From: Nitrosopumilus sp.
Lineage (GTDB): Archaea > Thermoproteota > Nitrososphaeria > Nitrososphaerales > Nitrosopumilaceae
NCBI GenBank assembly: GCA_965224195.1
Contig: OZ245040.1
Location: 1 to 64,000 of the forward strand
Direction: 5' to 3'
DNA: 64,000 nucleotides
The translations under genes were made by a program, and so were the position numbers. Below the pieces are notes generated by a model, which did not search any database, was not told where the DNA came from, and was given only the letters and a program-made list of their open reading frames with translations. Shown one piece after another: positions 30,108 through 39,641 of this stretch. Position 1 is the first letter of the stretch; each line of letters begins with the position of its first letter.

Positions 30108-31298
30108 ATGACCGACATCACTTTTCATGGTGGGGTCAACGATATAGGCGAGAACAAATCCCTTAAAGAAAATAGAACATGTAAGGAAATTTGCAAAAAA
30201 TTCATAGTAAAAAAACCAACATCCGGTAGCAGATATGGCGCAGGTCAAGGACGTTGCCAAACATGTGATGTGTGGATTGATTATAGAGGGGCACATACGA
30301 AAGATGGCTCTCCAGCTGTAATAGATTCATTAGGATGGTTTTGTGATTGTTGTAATTATAGAATTAGACAAAAGCCCAGAAATAAAGTATACAAAGAAAG
30401 ATTAAAAGATACCGTAGAAAAATCAAAATCTTTAACAAAAGAAGAAAATATCATTGTAAATCAAACAGAAAATAAAAAAACAAAAAAACAAATAGATTAT
30501 GGTGATGCTATTGAATCAAATAAAGAAAATAAAGGTAATGTTGAATTTTTTGAAGGAATAAATGATACTCAAAATGATATTAAAAAATCCTATACAATAG
30601 AAAATGAATGCGAAATTCTAATTAAAAATTATAAAAAACGAACTAGTTTTTCTGAGCACAATATTGGATTAATGGAGGACATGATTGAAGCATACTATAA
30701 AATTAGGTCTTTACAAAAACTTTGCCAAGAAGCAGGGCTAGACATTTCAATCATTAGAAGAGATTTTAGGAATCTTTTACGAGTACCCACGGAACTAAGA
30801 GAATCAGTAACAAGTGGTAAATTAATTGCAGATCCAATTCTAGCAACAGAAATTGCAATTTATGCAACAGATTATTTTGAATGGGATCAAGAGATTGATA
30901 AAACAAATGATGTAATTGAATTTGCAAAAAAGATGGCTCAAAAATTTAAAAATACTTTAAATTTAAGAAAAGAATTTTTTGCAACAAAAGATGATTATAG
31001 TAAGCCCATTAGTACAAATACTAAAAAAAACAATGAGCTTAATGCGATTCTGGAAGATTGGCCAGTGAAAGAGAGCAAGTATGAATTTAACAGAAGTATC
31101 GATAGAACAGGGAAGCAATACAAATTCATTGTTTTTTATTCGAAAGACCTTGATGCAGTAAGATTTCTTAGAAGATGGGAATATGAAAAGGGGCGTAGAA
31201 TTTCAAAAAAATGGGCTTCAGAAATAATTGATCAAATTAAAAATCAAGGAAATGTAAGGGAATTTGTCAAAGAACATTCAAAAGAATTCAAAAATTAA
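30108..31298 (+). CDS. Mosaic protein: MBL-hydrolase-like N-terminal stub, Cys-rich zinc finger and ParB-type HTH-like region
   Basis: ITFHGGVNDIG start; CKEIC...RCQTC...CDCCNYRIR; central region aligns by eye to the C-terminal half of the ParB protein at 34574-35509. Confidence 0.7.
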   Translation: MTDITFHGGVNDIGENKSLKENRTCKEICKKFIVKKPTSGSRYGAGQGRCQTCDVWIDYRGAHTKDGSPAVIDSLGWFCDCCNYRIRQKPRNKVYKERLKDTVEKSKSLTKEENIIVNQTENKKTKKQIDYGDAIESNKENKGNVEFFEGINDTQNDIKKSYTIENECEILIKNYKKRTSFSEHNIGLMEDMIEAYYKIRSLQKLCQEAGLDISIIRRDFRNLLRVPTELRESVTSGKLIADPILATEIAIYATDYFEWDQEIDKTNDVIEFAKKMAQKFKNTLNLRKEFFATKDDYSKPISTNTKKNNELNAILEDWPVKESKYEFNRSIDRTGKQYKFIVFYSKDLDAVRFLRRWEYEKGRRISKKWASEIIDQIKNQGNVREFVKEHSKEFKN

Positions 31299-31311
31299 TC
31301 AAATAGAAAAA

Positions 31312-32681
31312 TCAATCAAATGGACCACTTGGTTGAATTGAAAAGGGATCTAATCTAGTTCTATTAATCAATCCTAAATCTAATTCATTTAAAATATAGT
31401 CACGAAGAGTATCATCCTTCTTTATTTTACCCTCAGATTTTAATTCCTTTTTGGAAATATTTTTAGAAATATTAAGAAATTTTCTTATGGATATACGAAT
31501 AATTCTTTCCAACTCCATTACATCATTTGTAATGTCAATATCTTCTTTTTTTCTTCCATGTAGTATGTCATTTCGTAGTTTGTATGTATTTTTTATAAAA
31601 TTCCAGATTGACTCTCGATCATTTTCATCAAGACCTACCATCATTGCACATCGATTGGAAATTTTCATGGATGTTTCACCTGCAGAACTAAACAAACACT
31701 CCAGTGCAACATTAAGATCTACAATTTTATCAATTGAATCATTTCTAAGTATATTTGAAGAAAATCTATCTATAGCTACCTGAATAAATGACTAATCTTT
31801 TTTCTCTAAATCAATATTACAAAATTCATGATAAAATGTTTTTAATTTAGCAAAAGAAGTAGATTTCAATTTAAGCGTATTAGGACCTAGCATAACATCG
31901 TGAATATTCAGAATTTTTGAGGCATTATTCATCCAAGGAGAATAATTTTTGTAAATAGGTCCAATTTTCAAATCTCCTTTATCAAAAAGATGTGCAGCCT
32001 TTAGGAATTGTTTAAATTTTTGATTAGCAATTTGGTCTTCTTCTTGAGTATTATTTTTAAAATCTACGCTAACTTCTAACACATAGCTTAATTTTCTAAG
32101 CTCACCAGAAACTCCTCTATTATCTCCAACTAGACTTTCTTTGACAATTCTGAATCTATCCCCGCTTATTTTTACAAGTTTGATTTCATCTAATTCTTTT
32201 TCTACATTCTTAGAACCAAAAGATAATCGAAATAACGGAGTAAAATAGTGAACTTGTAGAATTTCTGAATCTAAAAATTTAATGAAACTTTTAAAAGTTT
32301 TTTTAAAAATGAAATCCACAAATTTAAAATTATCTGAATTTTTAACATAATTTTCTATAAAAGAATGAACCAATATTTCATCAGACAATCCTCGTTTTGA
32401 AAATATTTTCGTATTAGAATATCCAGAAACAATATCCACAGCGTCATTAAAATCATTAATTTTTTCTATTTCTTGTTTGATCTCAGGTCTTGAGAAAAAT
32501 TCTTCAAAGTTATTTTTTTTACTGTAGATTCTTTGTAAAATTTATTATCATCATTTTTGAATTCATAATATTTTTTAGATTTCTGCTTTAGTGGTTGTTT
32601 TAACTTAATTTCATTAAGTATTTCAAGAGAATCTTTTACTACATAAGTTAAAAATTTTTTCAATTGTGTTTCTCTTGTCAT
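31312..32681 (-). pseudogene. Apea-like HEPN-domain RNase gene disrupted by one frameshift and one nonsense codon
   Basis: Three ORF pieces join in one frame if one A is added to the A8 run (32513-32520) and the TAG at 31792-31794 is read through; the restored C-terminus has ALECLF and YKLRNDILHG (Rx4H). Confidence 0.8.
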
Positions 32682-33790
32682 GGTTTACAATTATCCATAT
32701 AACATGCAATTCCAAATTCCTTGCTTATTGCATTTGCAAGTGATTTTGAATCTTCAGAATTTGCTCTTGTTCCATCCACAACAACCAATTTTGGATCTAT
32801 CGTTTTCACATATTTTAAAATATTACCATAATCTGTATGTGCAGCTAGACAAGCGTAAATTTTTCCATTTTTGTCACTCCAAAAAGGACCATTTGTTTTA
32901 TAATTCGGATTGACATCTGCTTGTATTATTTGGGATCGTTCTTGCTGCATTGAACCTTGACCAGGCCTTGCAAATCGAATATATGGTTTTTTTTCATCAT
33001 TGTATAATTCATTTAATCTACTATTTGTTGAAACCTCAATTTCTCTTATCTTTTGATCATAAGTGTACTTTATCGCGTTAGTTAGATCAACATCCTTTGG
33101 TTCTGCCAAAAAGGGAATATCTTCGGCAATGAATTCTCCATTTTCTGTTTTTTCTAATTGAGCCATAATATCTTGCATTGTACCTCGATTAGCTAGAATT
33201 TCCACAGAACAATTATTCTCAATTTGTTTACAAACCTCATCAAATATTCTTCTCATTATAGATTCTTTATCAGTGTCAAAATCATAAAGAGGAATTCCAT
33301 GAGTGCCATCCAATACAAGAACATCTGCTTTTGGTGTAGAAATTTCAGGAAATGAAAAATTTCCAGAGTAGAGAATTTTTTCACCAGTATCCTCCATTGT
33401 TACGAATACTTGGCTAGAACCACTAACATGATTTGCGTTGATTAATTCAATTATTTCCCCAGTATTGGTCGTAAATGGTAAATTATAGGATAATTTTTGA
33501 ATGGAAGGTCTTTCTGGAAATTTTTGTAATGCTTTAAGAGCATGATATGTGGGTTCTGTCAGTAGTATATTATGACAATTTCTCAAAGCACTTCCAAAAT
33601 TCCAAGTATGATCATCATGGAAATGAGTAAAAATAGCAGTAGTTTTTCCAGAAACATATCCATCACAAACTATAGAATTAGCAAGTAAAATTGCTTGATC
33701 TTTTGGAATTCCATTTTCTGTTCTATCACTCATTGGATTGCAATGGATCGATGCTAATGTAGATAAATTATTCATTTTGAAGTTCCTCAC
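32678..33790 (-). CDS. MBL-fold beta-CASP nuclease-like protein (likely start at 33775)
   Basis: THFHDDH (HxHxDH), ANHVSGS, YSGNF (normally YSGD), LDGTHG, AAHTD. Confidence 0.85.
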   Translation of the reverse strand: MRNFKMNNLSTLASIHCNPMSDRTENGIPKDQAILLANSIVCDGYVSGKTTAIFTHFHDDHTWNFGSALRNCHNILLTEPTYHALKALQKFPERPSIQKLSYNLPFTTNTGEIIELINANHVSGSSQVFVTMEDTGEKILYSGNFSFPEISTPKADVLVLDGTHGIPLYDFDTDKESIMRRIFDEVCKQIENNCSVEILANRGTMQDIMAQLEKTENGEFIAEDIPFLAEPKDVDLTNAIKYTYDQKIREIEVSTNSRLNELYNDEKKPYIRFARPGQGSMQQERSQIIQADVNPNYKTNGPFWSDKNGKIYACLAAHTDYGNILKYVKTIDPKLVVVDGTRANSEDSKSLANAISKEFGIACYMDNCKP

Positions 33791-34565
33791 TTAAAATTTG
33801 ATTAAAGAAAGTAGTTACAGGAATTTTTTTAGATTTCCATTCATTCTCTAATTCTTTGAATTTATCTTCATCTAATGCAATCCAAACTAAATCATTTTTT
33901 GAAATTGAAACAGATTTTATCATATCTTTTTTTATTTTTCTTTCTAACAATTTTCTTAATAATTCTGAAGAACTTACTGTTTCATTAGATAATTTTTTCT
34001 TAAATTTTTCAAGGAACTCATCATCTGGAGAAATACCAATTTGCCAAATAAGCTCCATAACAGGTTTGATGGACATTACATGTTCTATAATATCCTGAAT
34101 AGGAGTTTCAGGGGATTTAGTTTTCCTATTAAGAATATCTTTTACATCCATTTTACGAATAGGTTTCTTAGTATCCAAACTTTTCAGAATTGTCTGTAAA
34201 AATATGTCTTGCTCATCTTTATTGGACAATTTTGCAATATCACATCCAATTGTCATTGCAATTTTTCCATCTTTAGAAATTCCCCATCCAAGTAAATATG
34301 CAGACCGCCTAGACAAATGTTGTAATTTTTCAAATAATCTGATTTGAGTAGTATCAGTAGGTTTATTCATTGTGGATTTTTTCTTTTTTTTTCCCAATCC
34401 TACTCTTTTTGATAATCCTTCCCACGAATCACCAGTTTCTTCCTTGAGTTTTAAAATTAGATCTGAGACTTCAATGGGTACAAAGGGTCTATCTGGATCA
34501 TGAGTCCCAATACTCAATAAAAGATCTGAGTATGTATCTAAGTCATCTAAAAGTTTGTCACTCAT
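33768..34565 (-). CDS. Hypothetical protein in the dnd-associated cassette (possible HTH)
   Basis: 265-aa ORF coupled to both neighbours; SWEGLSKRVGL is HTH-like. Confidence 0.75.
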   Translation of the reverse strand: MSDKLLDDLDTYSDLLLSIGTHDPDRPFVPIEVSDLILKLKEETGDSWEGLSKRVGLGKKKKKSTMNKPTDTTQIRLFEKLQHLSRRSAYLLGWGISKDGKIAMTIGCDIAKLSNKDEQDIFLQTILKSLDTKKPIRKMDVKDILNRKTKSPETPIQDIIEHVMSIKPVMELIWQIGISPDDEFLEKFKKKLSNETVSSSELLRKLLERKIKKDMIKSVSISKNDLVWIALDEDKFKELENEWKSKKIPVTTFFNQILSEELQNE

Positions 34566-34573
34566 TTTAGATA

Positions 34574-35509
34574 CTAATCTTCTGAAGAATGACCGTCTCT
34601 AATGTTTAATCCATATTCAATCAATTCAGCTGCTTCCTCTGTTGGTTCATGTCCATTTGTTTCAGCGGCAATATCTAAACGATTAGCAATTTTTGCATCA
34701 AGAATTACAGGGTATTTTCTAGGAGTCATGATTTTAAGAGATTCTTCCTCAATCTTTGCTAAGGGTTGTTTAGGATTTTCTTCAGCTGCCTGTTTTAATT
34801 TTTTATATTCTTCCTGTGATTTCTTTTTCTTTTCTCCCAATTTCATTGCAAGATCATATACTTTTTGTTCAGGAACCTCACTATCTTGAGACCATGCTAA
34901 TGCATCAGCAGCCTCTACAGCTAAATTTACAGCTGTTTTAGGGGTTTTATGAATTGAACCCAAGTTTTCTTGAATAAATTTTGGGAGTCTTGCAAATTTG
35001 ACATACCTATTTACTAAAATTTTTGAAATTCCCGTCCTTTTGGCAACGATTGAAGGATCACTATATTTTTTGAAAAGAGAATCACAAGAATCAATAATAT
35101 CAGTCATTGTGTATGGAAGCTGTGTCAATCCTTCTCCAAGAGAAATTGCTTTTGCATCAACTTCATCATCCGGAGATTCTCTTACATGACATGGAATTTT
35201 ATCCCATCCTTCCCCAGGATTTTCTTCATTTAATTTTCTAAATGAATTCCATCTACGTTGACCAGCTAAAATTTCATATTGATTTTTGAAATCTTTTCGA
35301 GTTTCATATAATGGATGTTTGTCATCAATATCATTTACCGCAAAAACTACAATTGGTTCTAATAATCCATGCATTCCAATATGTTCTGAAAGAATAGATA
35401 ATTCTTCTTCATCAGTAGCATTTTCAACTCTAACATTGCTTAAACCAACGTATAATTTATCAAGTTCAATATAATCAAATTTTTTGAATTTATTAGAATT
35501 AGATGGCAA
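34574..35509 (-). CDS. ParB/Srx N-terminal domain protein with HTH
   Basis: NVR, GLLEPIVV, YEILAGQRRW (ParB arginine patch), HTH IVAKRTGISKILVNRY. Confidence 0.88.
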   Translation of the reverse strand: MPSNSNKFKKFDYIELDKLYVGLSNVRVENATDEEELSILSEHIGMHGLLEPIVVFAVNDIDDKHPLYETRKDFKNQYEILAGQRRWNSFRKLNEENPGEGWDKIPCHVRESPDDEVDAKAISLGEGLTQLPYTMTDIIDSCDSLFKKYSDPSIVAKRTGISKILVNRYVKFARLPKFIQENLGSIHKTPKTAVNLAVEAADALAWSQDSEVPEQKVYDLAMKLGEKKKKSQEEYKKLKQAAEENPKQPLAKIEEESLKIMTPRKYPVILDAKIANRLDIAAETNGHEPTEEAAELIEYGLNIRDGHSSED

Positions 35510-35547
35510 CTTACATGATATAGTAATATGTGTATATGAGCTTTATG

Positions 35548-36357
35548 CTAAAAAATCACAGATGCAATCAATGCAAAATCTATTAAAATTGAATATTTTT
35601 TATCTAGGTTTCCTCTAATTCTAATTTCTTCATTATGTGTAGTTTCATTTTCATCAATTAGGTTTTCAAGTGCAATTCCAGACTCACCCTTACTTCTCAA
35701 AATAGTAAATTTATTTTGAATTTCTTTTTTTCGTTTTGTGTACTCTAAACTAACATTATCTAATTCATCTTGTTTAAGATGATGTATATGATTTTTAAAA
35801 TCAAATATTTCAGATTTTAATAGATTTCGTTCTAAAAAGATTATAGATTCAACATAACAGTCATCAATATCATCAGGTACAATTTCTACATTCAAATTAT
35901 TACCATTAAAATTAATTTCAGAATCCTTAATCATTAGAATTTTTTTATTATTCACATTTACATCTACATGAATTAATTTTGTCCTAGATTCTATTGACTC
36001 AAAAACTACATAAAAATAAAATCGAATAATTTTTGAATTATATTTATCTGAATTTAATTTGGCAGTAAATACAGAACCAAAATCAATACATTTTTTTAGA
36101 ATGATCATTAGAATATTACTTCCAGGTGAAACTAATTGATATTCATTGGAATCGGAGAGGTTCGCATCAAAAGTGATTTTCAATGTGGTTGTTCCAAATA
36201 ATTTTAAATATTCTTGAGGAATTTCAATGTCAAATAATCCATTTTTTTCAATAACGTTCGCATTAATTTTAAAAAAATATCCTAAAACCAGTGCATTTAC
36301 TTGATTTTCAATCTGAGACATCGTCATTCCTAATTGGAGACAGTGAAAAATTCTCAA
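35548..36357 (-). CDS. Hypothetical helicase-partner protein with C-terminal coiled coil (likely start ~36327)
   Basis: Overlaps the SNF2 stop codon; LKITFD...LVSPGS motif; size and position recall YqhG-like partners of YqhH-type helicases (inference). Confidence 0.7.
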   Translation of the reverse strand: MRIFHCLQLGMTMSQIENQVNALVLGYFFKINANVIEKNGLFDIEIPQEYLKLFGTTTLKITFDANLSDSNEYQLVSPGSNILMIILKKCIDFGSVFTAKLNSDKYNSKIIRFYFYVVFESIESRTKLIHVDVNVNNKKILMIKDSEINFNGNNLNVEIVPDDIDDCYVESIIFLERNLLKSEIFDFKNHIHHLKQDELDNVSLEYTKRKKEIQNKFTILRSKGESGIALENLIDENETTHNEEIRIRGNLDKKYSILIDFALIASVIF

Positions 36358-38071
36358 AAACTTCTTGATTAAACTGCTCTACAGCATTAGTTAGTTTGTC
36401 TTTTCTATTTTTGAGTTCACCCCCAAGAGCTGAAAATTTATTTTTTAATTCATTTTCATTTTTTGCAGTTATGTATTCTTTAAAAAAATGCGTTCCTGTT
36501 TTTTCATCAGTAACATCTTCAAACAACAAATCAAGTTGTCCAATTGCCATAGTGAATAATTTAATTTTTGTATAAAGTAGTTGCAGAATGTATGCATCTA
36601 TTGTATGTTCATAGGCATAATTGTATATGTTCACATCATTTTTCTGGCCAATTCTATGAACTCTTCCAACTCTTTGTTCCATTCTCATAGGATTCCAAGG
36701 GAGATCGTAATTTACCACATTATGGCAGAATTGAAAGTTCTGTCCTTCGCCTCCTGCGCCAGTTGAGATCATTATTTGTGATTTATTTCTAAATTTTTCA
36801 ACCGATTCAGCTCTTTCTGTAAGATTCATTTTGCCATTAAACAGAGTTATAGAATATCCATTTTCAGTTAACACTCTAGCCAAATAGTCTTGGGTTATAT
36901 GATATTCTGTAAAAATTAAAAATTTTGAGTCTTTGTCCTTGTTTATAACATCCAAAAGGTCGCTTATTTTGGTATCTATTTTTATTCTATTTGCAATTTC
37001 CATTAATTCATTATAATCATCATCATCAAAGAGACCCGACTTTCTCATCTTAAACAAAGCCTGTTTAGTGGATTCATTACTGCTAGATATCAGCCTTTGA
37101 ATTATCATAAGATATAGAATATCATATCCTGAATCATAGCATTCATGAACTTTGCTTGTAATTCTATCATACAAATCACGTTCATCATTTGTGGGTTTTA
37201 GGATTTTGGTGTAAGCAATTCTATCAGTAAAAGAAATGTATTTTTTTACTTGTTGTCTTGTAGTTCTGATAATTATTTTTGATAATTTTTTTTGTAATTC
37301 TTCTTTGAAAAAAGGATTCACTTTGCGCATTTGTTGATCATCAGCATATCGAGTTTTAAATTCAGATAGAGTCCCAAAAGTCCCAGGTTTTAGTAATTCA
37401 ACTAAATTATATAATTCTGAAAGATTATTTTGGATAGGTGTGGCAGAAAGAAATAGAGTAAATTTTCGAGACAGTTCTTTAAGTAACTTATGTTTTTGAG
37501 TAGAAGAATTTTTCATACTGTGAGCCTCATCAACAATTACCATATCCCAATCTCGTTGTGTTAAAAGTTCTTTTTTTGCAGGGGATGTTGCTGAACTATG
37601 TGAAAATATCAATAATTCATGACTAGCAGGATCTTTGAAATTAAGATCATCTTTTTGTATAAAATGAATATTGAATTTTGATTGTAATTCATCTTGCCAT
37701 TGATATACAAGAGAGGGTGGGACTAATATCAAAACACTTTTTGCAAGACCTGAAATTAAAAATTCTTTCAATATTATTCCAGCTTCCATTGTTTTTCCAA
37801 GACCAACTTCATCAGCCAATATAGCTGAGCCTCCAAACTCATTTTTCACCTTCATTGCTGCAAAAATCTGATGATCATACAATTCAATTGCCTTGTTTGA
37901 TTTTATTGAAGAAATAATGGATAATTTACTTTCTTTGATTTTGGATAACAGTTTAAATGCAGTAATTGTTAAATCAAATGTTTCTTTGTTATCAAATTGT
38001 AATTTTCGAAGTTTAGTCTTTACATTACTTCTGTCTGTGAATCTAATTTGGATGCTTTTAGATTCAGTCAT
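36308..38071 (-). CDS. SNF2/RapA-family helicase (YqhH-like)
   Basis: LADEVGLGKT, DEAH, SATPIQN, GGEGQNFQ, DLPWNP, QRVGRVHRIGQ. Confidence 0.93.
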   Translation of the reverse strand: MTESKSIQIRFTDRSNVKTKLRKLQFDNKETFDLTITAFKLLSKIKESKLSIISSIKSNKAIELYDHQIFAAMKVKNEFGGSAILADEVGLGKTMEAGIILKEFLISGLAKSVLILVPPSLVYQWQDELQSKFNIHFIQKDDLNFKDPASHELLIFSHSSATSPAKKELLTQRDWDMVIVDEAHSMKNSSTQKHKLLKELSRKFTLFLSATPIQNNLSELYNLVELLKPGTFGTLSEFKTRYADDQQMRKVNPFFKEELQKKLSKIIIRTTRQQVKKYISFTDRIAYTKILKPTNDERDLYDRITSKVHECYDSGYDILYLMIIQRLISSSNESTKQALFKMRKSGLFDDDDYNELMEIANRIKIDTKISDLLDVINKDKDSKFLIFTEYHITQDYLARVLTENGYSITLFNGKMNLTERAESVEKFRNKSQIMISTGAGGEGQNFQFCHNVVNYDLPWNPMRMEQRVGRVHRIGQKNDVNIYNYAYEHTIDAYILQLLYTKIKLFTMAIGQLDLLFEDVTDEKTGTHFFKEYITAKNENELKNKFSALGGELKNRKDKLTNAVEQFNQEVFENFSLSPIRNDDVSD

Positions 38072-38103
38072 AGTACAATATCATGATGTAATTATTTAAA
38101 TAG

Positions 38104-39267
38104 TCATACACTGATTTTTTCTAAATACTTTACAATGTTTGAAATTTGTTCCATAGTGAAATGTATTTCATCAAAACTATTGAATCTTCCAAAGCCAATC
38201 CTAATTGCATAGTGTGCAGTGTTCTCATCTAATCCTAATGCTAACAACACATGAGATGGTTCAACAATTTGAGTAGTGCATGCAGAACCAGCAGAAATTG
38301 CAATTTTTTTAGAAATGGAATTAATTATGGATTTGCTTTCTATTCCTGGAAAATATACATTCAGATTATGTGTTAATCTCTTGTCAGAATGCCCATTTAA
38401 TTTCCCGCCAATCTTTTCAAACTCTTTTAACATTATTTCAGACCATTGTCTAAATCTTTTATTTTCTACATCCATCTCTTTTTGAGCAATCTCTGCTGCT
38501 TTGCCAAATCCAACAATTCCAGGTACATTTAGAGTCCCTGAACGAATGTTTCTTTCTTGCCCACCACCATGGAATAATCCATCAGGCTTGATTCTAGGTT
38601 TTACACCTCGTACATACAATGCGCCAATTCCTTTAGGACCATACATTTTATGAGCAGAAAAGGACATCAAATCAATATTCATCGTATCTACATTCATTGG
38701 AATATGGCCTACTGCTTGTGCAGCATCAGTATGAAAAATTACATCATGTTCATGTGCAATTTTTCCAATTGCTTCAACTTCAGCAATTGTTCCAATCTCA
38801 TTGTTTGCAGTCATGATGCTAATCATTACAGTTTCATTTGTAATGGAATCTTCTAATTCTTTGAGATTAATTTCACCAAATTCATTTACTGGCAAGTATG
38901 TTACTTTTTTCCCCAAACTCTCCAAATGCTGTGCTGTATCTAATACTGCCTTGTGTTCTGTAACACAAGTAATCAAATGATTTCCTCTATCAGAATATTT
39001 TTGCATTGTACCAATCAATGCTATATTATCAGATTCAGTAGCCCCTGAAGTAAATACAATCTCATCATGTCGTGCACCAATTACATTTACAATTTTCTCT
39101 CGTGCATTCTCAACTGCAACTGATGCTTCATATCCAAATAGATGGTCTAAACTTGATGCATTACCAAACTTTTCAGTAAAGTATGGGAGCATTTCTTCCA
39201 AAACTCTAGGGTCAACTGGTGTTGTTGCATGATGATCTAGATAAATTGGAAATTTAATTTCACTCAA
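38104..39267 (-). CDS. dndA: Cysteine desulfurase DndA (IscS-like)
   Basis: YLDHHATTP, FTSGATES, SAHKMYGPKG, SAGSAC; 4-bp overlap with dndE. Confidence 0.9.
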   Translation of the reverse strand: MSEIKFPIYLDHHATTPVDPRVLEEMLPYFTEKFGNASSLDHLFGYEASVAVENAREKIVNVIGARHDEIVFTSGATESDNIALIGTMQKYSDRGNHLITCVTEHKAVLDTAQHLESLGKKVTYLPVNEFGEINLKELEDSITNETVMISIMTANNEIGTIAEVEAIGKIAHEHDVIFHTDAAQAVGHIPMNVDTMNIDLMSFSAHKMYGPKGIGALYVRGVKPRIKPDGLFHGGGQERNIRSGTLNVPGIVGFGKAAEIAQKEMDVENKRFRQWSEIMLKEFEKIGGKLNGHSDKRLTHNLNVYFPGIESKSIINSISKKIAISAGSACTTQIVEPSHVLLALGLDENTAHYAIRIGFGRFNSFDEIHFTMEQISNIVKYLEKISV

Positions 39268-39641
39268 TGTGCTCTCTCTACTTTAATCATTTCATAAAAA
39301 TCTGACAAGTCATGAATTCGTGCAAATAGCGCAATAGTTCCTCGATTCAAATGTGCCTTTAACATTTTGTTTAACATTTGTGGATCCATTGGTAGTTTGT
39401 CTGTTTTTAATCTCTGTATCATAAGTGCACGAAATACATCTTCATATTCTCCAAACAATACAGAAGGAGCAATTTCAGAACCTTTCTCATCAAATTCATT
39501 AGGATTTGGAACAGAGTGATCTTTTAGAGAAAGACAAAGGGAAAAGCGGGCCAAAAAATTAGGTGTTAATCCTGTTCTTTTTTTCATTATTCCAAGCAAG
39601 TTTTGTGAACGGAAACTCATCTTTATTCTACTAAATCGCAA
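39264..39641 (-). CDS. dndE: DNA sulfur modification protein DndE
   Basis: KKRTGLTPNFLARFSLCLSL, LFGEY, AHLNRG. Confidence 0.93.
   Translation of the reverse strand: MRFSRIKMSFRSQNLLGIMKKRTGLTPNFLARFSLCLSLKDHSVPNPNEFDEKGSEIAPSVLFGEYEDVFRALMIQRLKTDKLPMDPQMLNKMLKAHLNRGTIALFARIHDLSDFYEMIKVERAH

Noticed and set aside
34574-38071. Calling the downstream cassette dndFGH or pbeABCD
   Set aside because: Gene number, sizes and visible motifs (stand-alone SNF2, ParB, MBL, HEPN) do not fit those modules as I know them; a profile search is needed to exclude remote homology.
38104-39267. Cysteine desulfurase as housekeeping IscS
   Set aside because: It overlaps the dndE stop codon and no Fe-S assembly genes are nearby, which favours DndA.
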